This document shows positions 52,842-60,106 of a stretch of 60,106 bases of DNA, piece by piece. Numbering within the stretch: the stretch's first letter is position 1; every line of letters begins with the position of its first letter. Source of the stretch: Bacilli bacterium (GTDB taxonomy: Bacteria > Bacillota_I > Bacilli_A > RFN20 > CAG-826); contig JAEDDA010000003.1 of the NCBI GenBank assembly GCA_016298185.1, positions 1 to 60,106 on the forward strand, given 5' to 3'. Position numbers and translations under genes: made by a program. The notes under the pieces are model-generated. The model had not been told where the DNA came from, searched no databases, and saw only the letters and a program-made list of their open reading frames with translations.

Positions 52842-55469
52842 ATGCTGAAATCAGTCATCGTCTTAACTAACTCAATAGACGAAAGTGAAAAGATTAAATC
52901 TCTAGCGAGTTTTAATGTCTCCACTTTTGATTTACGTTATATGTCTGCGCTTGAACTCGCAGAATATCTTTTACAATTGTCTGGAATTAGCTATAAGGAA
53001 ACATTCATTAAGAACGATGAATTAGCGGCGTTAATCTATAAACAGATCAAAGCCATCTCATATTTTGAATTATTTACTTATAACGATGTTCTTCAATTAG
53101 TGAGCACACTTGAAGATTTAAGATATCAAATTGTTGATAACGAAGCAGAAACATTCTTTTCCAAATTGCCAATGGATAAGTTTGTCGCCAAAAACGCTGC
53201 ACTTAAGAATGCTTATGAAATAATTATTAATTCACTAAAAGAGAATAACTATATCGATGAAGTTGGTATTGTTCGTTTAGCGTTAAAAGAAATCAAATCA
53301 CAACCTGATATTGAATTTGTAAGGTATGAAAAGAGTCATCTTAGACCACTAGAATTAGCGTTATTAAATAAAGCCGCTGGTAAAGAAGTTCTTGAAACAA
53401 CAATTAATAAAGAGACTAAACCATTAACTATTGAAAGATATACAAAAGCATTTGGCCAAACAAATGAGATTGAAGATATTTTGCATTATATCTATAAGAA
53501 CAAGATTCCTTTTGATCAATGCTTAATTGCCTCTGCGGAGGAAGCAAACTATGCGAATATTCTTTCTAACTATAGAGACTTGTTAAAAGCGCCTATCACA
53601 ATTGGTGTTGGTAAACTAATCACATCAACCGGTCCAGGTAGATTATTTGCGTTATTAGATGATTGGAAACAAAACCATTATCGTTATGAATATTTACTCA
53701 AAATAGTGGAATCAGAATGTTTTGATATTGAAAAATTCAAAAAGGATTTAAACCTTGATGGCGACTTATCAGTAATTAATGAAGGACTTAGTAAGAGATA
53801 TATTATTGATTTGAATTATGTCGCTGAAATAGTGGGCCGTTTAAAAGTGGGATTTGATTTCCATGAAGATGATATTGATGTTATTAAATTAAACAATGAT
53901 AAATACGAAGCCTATGAAGCATTAGTGAGAAGATACTACGCAGAGAAATATCACGAAGATGAATCTATCAGCAGATATAAATCGATGGGCTATGTGAAAA
54001 AGTTCATTGAAATTATCAATAAAGGTATGTCTAATTTCATTGAACAATACGCATTGATTAGAGATGTAAAAGTCGATAATAGTGCCTTAGATAAGATCCT
54101 TAAAGGCTTATATATTCAAAATCGTTTTGAAGTACCTTATCGCGATATTAGAGATGTTTTATTCTCACAAAAGATATCTAGAGAAAAGCCACAACCAGGT
54201 TCTTTATATTTCACATCAATCTCTCGTGCCTCATCTTGTTTAAGAAAGTATTTATTCATTACTGGACTAAGTTCTAATAACTATCCTGGTTCTAGCAAAG
54301 AGAATCCATTGCTTCTTGATAGAGATTACAAACCCTTTGGTGTAGATGATGCCTCAGGAAGAGAAATCAAAAACAACAAAGAGAATTATGAAGTCTTGCT
54401 TGATGAAGCAATGAAGTATGGTGTGGAAGTTCATTTATCTTGGGCATCATATAACTCTGAATCACTAAAAACACAAAATTCATCCAGTGTGATTTTTGAA
54501 ACATACAAGAAAGAAAATGGGGAGAAGAAAACACTCGCTGATTTAGATGATGAATTCAAAACCAATAAAGACAAATATCGTTATGTTGAATTCTTCTCTA
54601 ATCCGTTATTACCTATTTCTCCTATTGGACAAGCATTACAAAAAAATAAACCAAACATTTGCGTTAAAGAAGAAGCTAAACCAATAGAAGAAGTGGAAGT
54701 TCTTTCTTTGGCGGGAAGACCATTCTCTGCATCTGCGATTGCTAATTACGCGAAGTGTCCATACATGTTCTATCTTCAATATGTTTTAGGTGTCAAACAA
54801 CCTGAGGATATTGATGTCTTTGAAGTCATTCCAGCTAATGAATATGGAACTATGGCGCACGATCTTTTAGAACATCTAGTGAAATCAAAAACAACTAAAG
54901 AAGAATTCTCAAAATTAGCATCTGATAGATTTGATGAATATTTAATATTTAATTCTTCAGATAATAAAGTTTTAGTGGATAATTGCCGTAAAGATTTCAT
55001 AAAAATGATGCAAAACGCCTATGAAATGGAAGGAAACGAAGTCACTGCTTTTAGAGAAAAAGACATTTACTATACCGATAAAAATACAGGAATTACTATT
55101 CACGGTTTCCCAGATAAAGTAATCAAAAATTCTGATGGAACATATCGTATTGTGGACTATAAAACGGGTCGCAAGGTAAAACACAAAGTTGATGATATTC
55201 CATCAATGATTCAATGTACCCTTTATGCCTACATATTGGAACAGAACCGCCACGTCAAAGTGACGAGTTTTGAATATCGTTATTTAAGAAACAAAGTCAG
55301 TGTCTATAGCACCAATAATGGTCTTACTATGGACACGCACTATGAGAATTTGAAAAACACATTAGAAGATTTAAAACATTCTTTAGAAACTGGGGTATTT
55401 GAGGATAAAGACAAAAAGATTTGTAAAGATTGTTATTTCAAAGATGTGTGCAGTAAGAATAAGAGTTAA
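52842..55469 (+). CDS. addB: helicase-nuclease complex subunit B (AddB/RexB-like) with a PD-(D/E)XK nuclease and four-Cys Fe-S motif
   Basis: 875 aa. C-terminal nuclease region (HGFPDKVIKNSDGTYRIVDYKTGRK). Cys at aa 639 (AKCPYMF) plus C861-x2-C864-x5-C870 (CKDCYFKDVC). No Walker A motif visible at the N-terminus. Confidence 0.8.
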   Translation: MLKSVIVLTNSIDESEKIKSLASFNVSTFDLRYMSALELAEYLLQLSGISYKETFIKNDELAALIYKQIKAISYFELFTYNDVLQLVSTLEDLRYQIVDNEAETFFSKLPMDKFVAKNAALKNAYEIIINSLKENNYIDEVGIVRLALKEIKSQPDIEFVRYEKSHLRPLELALLNKAAGKEVLETTINKETKPLTIERYTKAFGQTNEIEDILHYIYKNKIPFDQCLIASAEEANYANILSNYRDLLKAPITIGVGKLITSTGPGRLFALLDDWKQNHYRYEYLLKIVESECFDIEKFKKDLNLDGDLSVINEGLSKRYIIDLNYVAEIVGRLKVGFDFHEDDIDVIKLNNDKYEAYEALVRRYYAEKYHEDESISRYKSMGYVKKFIEIINKGMSNFIEQYALIRDVKVDNSALDKILKGLYIQNRFEVPYRDIRDVLFSQKISREKPQPGSLYFTSISRASSCLRKYLFITGLSSNNYPGSSKENPLLLDRDYKPFGVDDASGREIKNNKENYEVLLDEAMKYGVEVHLSWASYNSESLKTQNSSSVIFETYKKENGEKKTLADLDDEFKTNKDKYRYVEFFSNPLLPISPIGQALQKNKPNICVKEEAKPIEEVEVLSLAGRPFSASAIANYAKCPYMFYLQYVLGVKQPEDIDVFEVIPANEYGTMAHDLLEHLVKSKTTKEEFSKLASDRFDEYLIFNSSDNKVLVDNCRKDFIKMMQNAYEMEGNEVTAFREKDIYYTDKNTGITIHGFPDKVIKNSDGTYRIVDYKTGRKVKHKVDDIPSMIQCTLYAYILEQNRHVKVTSFEYRYLRNKVSVYSTNNGLTMDTHYENLKNTLEDLKHSLETGVFEDKDKKICKDCYFKDVCSKNKS

Positions 55470-55471
55470 TT

Positions 55472-58400
55472 ATGGTTAATGAAAAAGATCAAGACATACT
55501 CTCCAGGGAGAGGATAGTTAAAGATATCGACCACAATTATTTTGTGGAGGCATCCGCGGGAAGTGGAAAGACCACATCTCTTGTTTATCGTATGGTTTCT
55601 TTAATCGAACATGGTGTGCCTGTTGATAAAATTTGCACAATCACATTTACTAAAGCCGCAGCGAATGAATTTTTCGAAAGATTCCAAAGTTTATTATCTA
55701 TTAGAAGCGGGGACGTTCCTGATAGAAGTGATAAGTTGATGGGCGAAAGAAACGATGAAACCAAGAAGCGTTGCCAAGAAGCATTAAGTAACATTGATTT
55801 ATGTTTCTTGGGAACAATTGACTCCTTCTGCAATATGATTGCTCACGAGATGCCAGCGGAACTTAAGATACCTTCATCTTCGTCAGTTATTTCAAAAGAA
55901 GAATACACAAGAGTGGTGAAAGAAGCCTATGGCAATATTCTTAAAGATGTTAATCGTCCATTACATTCTTTAGCAGTTAAATTTAATAACTTTGTGGAAC
56001 ATCCATTTGATGCATTTGTTAAAGGCATCAGTGCGGTTAGCGATTTTAGAAATCTCAAAGTTATTTATGATTCTTCTTTAGCGGATATCTCTTTCGACGA
56101 TTATCTTGGACTTAAAGATAAAGCTAACATTTTAGAAATATTTGAAAATCTTACTCATCCAGACAACGCTGATTTATATGCGCCAAAACCTGCAAACAAA
56201 GGCCGTATAGAAGCAAAGGATGATATTGCTAATAAATTAAAGAAACTCAAAGCGGATTTGAATAATTGGTCTGATAATTTCTCTGATTTGAAATATGGAC
56301 TGAAAAATATATCCAATATGAACGGTTTCTCTGATGATGCTGAATATACTTCATTGGGACAATATCTCACAGAGAAAACATCTGCGAAAGCTTTGCTTAG
56401 ATTTAGTGAAGACTTCTTAAAAGAAATAGAAGAATATCAAAAGAAGATTAACCGTTATGCCTATTCTATTTATCTTCACTTTGTTTTAAGCGTTCTTGAT
56501 GAAGTAACTGCTGATTTAAGAAAGCAAGGTAAGTTCCAATTCTTTGATTTCTTACTCTATTTACGTGATGCCTTTAAAGAAAGTGCAATGGGAGATAGAG
56601 TCCTTATTGACCATGTCTTTGAAAGACACTCTTATTTCATGCTTGATGAAAGCCAAGATACCAATCCTTTACAAACCGAAATGTTCTTCTATTTAACAAG
56701 CACAAAGAAAGATAAAGATTGGAAGAATATGGAACCAAAAGAAAAATCACTATTTATCGTTGGTGATCCAAAACAATCAATCTATGGTTTTAGAGGCGCG
56801 GATGTTAAAGCATACTTGCAAAATAAAAAGATTTTTGAAGATAAAGATGAATTATTAGTGCTTACTAGAAATTATCGTAGCCACGCTTCATTAAAAGAAT
56901 GGTTTAATAAATCATTTAATGACATGCTCAACTACAAAGAAGACTTATATAAGGATTTTGCTTTAGAACATTTAGATATTCCAATCGATGATGACGATTG
57001 CACAAAAACAATATCTAAAGATAACCCAGAAATCTTAGAAGGTGTCTATAGATATGTTGTTAATGCTAATAGCAAACCGGCGACTGATTGTGAAGAAGTG
57101 GCTAAGCTAATTGTTGATATAATGAATAACAAAAGGATTTATCGTGCAAAGTTTAATCCTATCACTAAGAAGATGGAAGCTAGCGACGATAAAATTCAAT
57201 ATAGTGATTTCCTTGTTGTACCATTCTCTTCTAATATGGCAAGACTCATTGAAGCCTTTGATAGATATAACATCCCAATGGTCGTGGAAGGAAAGATGGT
57301 CTTTGACTCTGCGGAAACATTTAACGCAGTTTTAGACTTACTTTATTTATTAAAAGAACCATATAACAAATCTTCTTTTACCAAAGTTATTTATTCTGAT
57401 TTATTTAATTTAAATGATTCCGATGTTATTCATATGCTTAATGATGGATTTGATTTAGATATTTCAAAACCTCAAATAAATGAAATCAATTTCAAAAAGC
57501 CTGAGCATAAAGAAATAGTTAGTAAATTGCATGAATTATATGAAGATACATTAGCAATGTCCTTTAGTTCCACGATGCAATATCTCTTAAATAGTAAGAA
57601 ACTCAATATCTTTGATAAAGTCACATCTAAAGATATGGAATATGTCTATTACTTAATTGAAAAGGTAAAAGAAGGCGAAGAAAACGGTTCTATATCTTCT
57701 TTGGAACAATTGAAAAAATATGTTTCCTTATTCCTTAATAGCGGCGATGAACAAAGAACATTAAGATTCTCCGATAAAGTTAATAGAGTGAAGATTGCCA
57801 ACTTACATAAAGTTAAGGGTTTACAAGCTCCAATTGTTATCTTAGCTAGACCAAATAGTAAAGATCATTCATTATCCCAATACATTGATTACACAGATAA
57901 TTCTCCATCAATTAAATTCTCAAAGATTGATGAAGGCGGAGATAGCCGTGTCACATATGTATCAACAGATGCGTTTGAAAAAGAAATGGATAAATGGAAA
58001 GCAAGCGCAAAAGCAGAACAAGATCGCTTAGCTTATGTTGGTGCAACCCGTGCAGAAAGCGCATTAATAGTTTGTGAGAATAATGGCGATAATGTCGGTT
58101 ATTGGAAAGAGTTAATTGTTCGTATTCCTGAATCCCGTTTTTTATCTATACCAAATGTTGATGAAATTCATCCTGATTTTGAAGATATTTCTTTGGGTGA
58201 TTATCACATTGAGGAAAATAGTCATAAACAATCATTCGATTATATTTCTCCATCTCAATCTAGACACAATAGAAGAACTAACAAAGATGAAATCGATGAT
58301 GCCGAGTTTGATAAAGGCGATAAAGATAGAGATGAAGCCACAATGTTAGGTACTATGGTTCATAAACTTATGGAGTGCATTATTTCTTCTAAGAACTCAT

Positions 58401-58813
58401 ATAACATCGAAGGATTAATCAAAACCATACTTTCAGACTATGACTATTCTAAAGAATACGATGAAATGCTTCATAATATCGCTTCTAAGATACTTAATGG
58501 TGGTTTCCCACAAGTTAATTCATCTTTAGATAAAGATATTTTAAAAACCTTATTAGAGGCCAAAAAGGTGTGGTGTGAAGTTCCATTCTCTTATCAAAGT
58601 GATAAAGGAAATATTGTTCATGGTATTATCGACTGTATGTACATAGATAAGAATGATAAATACCATGTCATTGACTATAAGACTAATAAAGAAAATGATG
58701 TTTCAGAATTAGAGAAACATTATGATGGCCAATTAAAGCATTATTACTATGCATTAAAGAAAATGGGCATCGAAGCGGACACCCATATTTATCACATAGA
58801 TTTAGATAAATAA
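55472..58813 (+). CDS. addA: helicase-nuclease complex subunit A (AddA/RexA; UvrD-like helicase plus C-terminal nuclease)
   Basis: 1113 aa. Walker A ASAGSGKTT, motif II-like MLDESQDTNP, VGDPKQSIYGFRGA, TRNYRS, HKVKGLQAP, VGATRA. C-terminal IIDCMYIDKNDKYHVIDYKT nuclease motif. Confidence 0.88.
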   Translation: MVNEKDQDILSRERIVKDIDHNYFVEASAGSGKTTSLVYRMVSLIEHGVPVDKICTITFTKAAANEFFERFQSLLSIRSGDVPDRSDKLMGERNDETKKRCQEALSNIDLCFLGTIDSFCNMIAHEMPAELKIPSSSSVISKEEYTRVVKEAYGNILKDVNRPLHSLAVKFNNFVEHPFDAFVKGISAVSDFRNLKVIYDSSLADISFDDYLGLKDKANILEIFENLTHPDNADLYAPKPANKGRIEAKDDIANKLKKLKADLNNWSDNFSDLKYGLKNISNMNGFSDDAEYTSLGQYLTEKTSAKALLRFSEDFLKEIEEYQKKINRYAYSIYLHFVLSVLDEVTADLRKQGKFQFFDFLLYLRDAFKESAMGDRVLIDHVFERHSYFMLDESQDTNPLQTEMFFYLTSTKKDKDWKNMEPKEKSLFIVGDPKQSIYGFRGADVKAYLQNKKIFEDKDELLVLTRNYRSHASLKEWFNKSFNDMLNYKEDLYKDFALEHLDIPIDDDDCTKTISKDNPEILEGVYRYVVNANSKPATDCEEVAKLIVDIMNNKRIYRAKFNPITKKMEASDDKIQYSDFLVVPFSSNMARLIEAFDRYNIPMVVEGKMVFDSAETFNAVLDLLYLLKEPYNKSSFTKVIYSDLFNLNDSDVIHMLNDGFDLDISKPQINEINFKKPEHKEIVSKLHELYEDTLAMSFSSTMQYLLNSKKLNIFDKVTSKDMEYVYYLIEKVKEGEENGSISSLEQLKKYVSLFLNSGDEQRTLRFSDKVNRVKIANLHKVKGLQAPIVILARPNSKDHSLSQYIDYTDNSPSIKFSKIDEGGDSRVTYVSTDAFEKEMDKWKASAKAEQDRLAYVGATRAESALIVCENNGDNVGYWKELIVRIPESRFLSIPNVDEIHPDFEDISLGDYHIEENSHKQSFDYISPSQSRHNRRTNKDEIDDAEFDKGDKDRDEATMLGTMVHKLMECIISSKNSYNIEGLIKTILSDYDYSKEYDEMLHNIASKILNGGFPQVNSSLDKDILKTLLEAKKVWCEVPFSYQSDKGNIVHGIIDCMYIDKNDKYHVIDYKTNKENDVSELEKHYDGQLKHYYYALKKMGIEADTHIYHIDLDK

Positions 58814-58814
58814 A

Positions 58815-58852
58815 AACCGAGGTTTTAATTTTAATTCCTCGGTTATTTTTTT
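58815..58852. terminator. bidirectional terminator between addA and folD
   Basis: AACCGAGG (58815-58822), 14-nt loop, CCTCGGTT (58837-58844), followed by ATTTTTTT. The folD stop lies in the right arm. Confidence 0.85.
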
Positions 58853-59634
58853 GATGCGATTTCTAATAAGTTTTCGTATAAGGCGAGTCTTGTTAATAAA
58901 CCGACTCCACCAGGAACTGGTGTTTGAAGTCTTACTGGTAAGTCTGGTAAGGCATCACCATGAAGTCCATTTTCATCTCTTGAGATGCCAACATCAATAA
59001 CACATGCAGAATCTTTATAAGTGAACTTATTATCTAAGAAATGTTGTTTGCCAATTGCGATAACAATGATATCTGCATTAGCGATATATCTCGACATATC
59101 TTCAAATGAAGTTTTGCTATGTAAGACAGTGACATTTGCACTTTCTTTTAAGAGGAGTTTCGCCATTGGCTTACCAACGATATTGCTTCTGCCAATAACA
59201 ACTGCGTTTTTGCCTAAAATTTGAATTCCTTCATGATGCAAGTAATTCATGATGCCTTTAGGTGTGCAAGGCGCTAACTCTGATAGCGGATGGAAGCCAT
59301 CGACATCTTTCTTTGGTGATACTGCGAGTTTAATGCGATCTTCATTGATTTGTTTTGGAAGTGGCATTTGAACTATAAATCCATCGTGGGTATTATCATT
59401 ATTTAATTCATCGATTACTTTTAGTAATTCTTCTTCGCTAGTGTCTAATGGAAGTTTGATTAAATCCGCATGAATACCTAATTCATCAGCGTCTTTTAAT
59501 TTACCTTTAACATAGGCATTACTACCGGCATCTTCATTGACTTGGACAATAGCGATGCTTGGTTTTTTATCCATGGCTAAAACGAGATTCTTAATCTCTT
59601 CTTTTCTAGCCTTAACATATTCTTTAACGGTCAT
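58843..59634 (-). CDS. folD: bifunctional methylenetetrahydrofolate dehydrogenase/cyclohydrolase
   Basis: 263 aa. SNAYVKGKLK, GFIVQMPLP, DVDGFHP, CTPKGI, VVIGRSNIVGKPMA, VIDVGI, TPVPGGVG. Confidence 0.92.
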   Translation of the reverse strand: MTVKEYVKARKEEIKNLVLAMDKKPSIAIVQVNEDAGSNAYVKGKLKDADELGIHADLIKLPLDTSEEELLKVIDELNNDNTHDGFIVQMPLPKQINEDRIKLAVSPKKDVDGFHPLSELAPCTPKGIMNYLHHEGIQILGKNAVVIGRSNIVGKPMAKLLLKESANVTVLHSKTSFEDMSRYIANADIIVIAIGKQHFLDNKFTYKDSACVIDVGISRDENGLHGDALPDLPVRLQTPVPGGVGLLTRLALYENLLEIASKK

Positions 59635-60103
59635 AATTAATCTCTGGAATTCTGCCTTCGTAGTGGCGGATTTTTATTCCTGCAAGTAATAACATTCTCT
59701 TACTAGCTTGGACACCAACAGTATCTTCGTATTTATTTGAAATATAAACAACTTCTTTGATACCGGTTTGGATAATAGCTTTTGTACATTCATTACATGG
59801 GAACAATGTTACATATAATGTGCAACCCCTTAAAGCGCTTGTGCCATTTCTTGTATTTAAGATGGCGTTAAATTCAGCGTGGCAAACATATAAATATTTG
59901 CTATCCAAACCTTCGCCTCTATTCCAAGATAATTGATTTTCATCGCAACCAGAAGGCATGCCGTTATAACCGATAGAAACAACTTTCTTATTTTCATCGA
60001 CAATACAAGCACCCACTTTTGTGTTTGGATCCTTACTTCTTTCACAAGAAAGAAGAGCGATACCCATAAAATATTCATCCCAAGAAACGTTACTTTTAAT
60101 CAT
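59624..60103 (-). CDS. comEB: dCMP deaminase (ComEB-type cytidine/deoxycytidylate deaminase)
   Basis: 159 aa. Zinc motifs HAEFNAI and PCNECTKAI. The WDEYFMGIALLS N-terminus is typical. Overlaps the folD start by 11 nt. Confidence 0.88.
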   Translation of the reverse strand: MIKSNVSWDEYFMGIALLSCERSKDPNTKVGACIVDENKKVVSIGYNGMPSGCDENQLSWNRGEGLDSKYLYVCHAEFNAILNTRNGTSALRGCTLYVTLFPCNECTKAIIQTGIKEVVYISNKYEDTVGVQASKRMLLLAGIKIRHYEGRIPEINYDR

Positions 60104-60106
60104 AAA

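Noticed and set aside
52842-58813. Reading the helicase-nuclease pair as a defence system.
   Set aside because: The domain order, sizes, Fe-S nuclease motif and UvrD-like motifs fit housekeeping AddAB/RexAB. No methylase, sensor or effector genes are adjacent.

Overview
Low-GC window, roughly one third G+C by eye. It uses the standard genetic code: TGA is a stop at rnfC (47467-47469) and at 41841-41843, and Trp is TGG. At least nine ORFs carry signal peptides ending in a lipobox Cys. Together with an Rnf complex and ABC ATPases bearing inserts, this suggests an Acholeplasma-like Mollicute or a closely related Bacillota lineage; that placement is inference, not a database result. Gene order: (1) The tail of the spc/alpha ribosomal cluster, rplO-secY-adk-map-infA-rpmJ-rpsM-rpsK-rpoA-rplQ (64-5845), ending in a strong terminator. 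(2) An accessory stretch (5.9-9.2 kb) with a Phd/YefM-RelE/ParE toxin-antitoxin pair, a surface lipoprotein combining two Big_2 domains with a clostripain (C11) protease, and a small lipoprotein. (3) preT/preA-like dihydropyrimidine dehydrogenase and a GH3 beta-glucosidase. (4) A markedly AT-richer islet encoding a lone AAA+ ATPase of the DUF4143 type, whose promoter is bracketed by a duplicated 24-bp element. (5) On the minus strand, an ABC importer of the PF04392 substrate-binding type preceded by a terminator-containing leader, and a TVP38-like membrane protein. (6) rmuC, a DUF1846/UPF0371 protein, and a phosphosugar mutase plus two esterase-like genes. (7) A ~19-kb lipoprotein-rich glycan utilisation locus, probably for beta-mannosides (26.6-45.6 kb). 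It has a LacI regulator, two GH130 enzymes, an LplABC-like importer, a clan-GH-A-like lipoprotein, two large modular lipoproteins, an SGNH esterase lipoprotein, three uncharacterised membrane proteins, an elongated MsmK-type ATPase and manA. (8) An extended rnfCDGEA cluster carrying two tandem mini RnfB-like proteins and no ferredoxin-type RnfB domain, followed by apbE, a NusG_II protein and a Gx transporter. (9) addB/addA. (10) folD and dCMP deaminase on the minus strand. I found no rRNA, tRNA, CRISPR array or recognisable IS/transposase. The two best candidates for new biology are the Rnf-associated module (46.2-52.8 kb) and the lipoprotein-based glycan capture locus with its uncharacterised membrane trio. 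All functional calls rest on motif recognition by eye and need HMM or BLAST confirmation.
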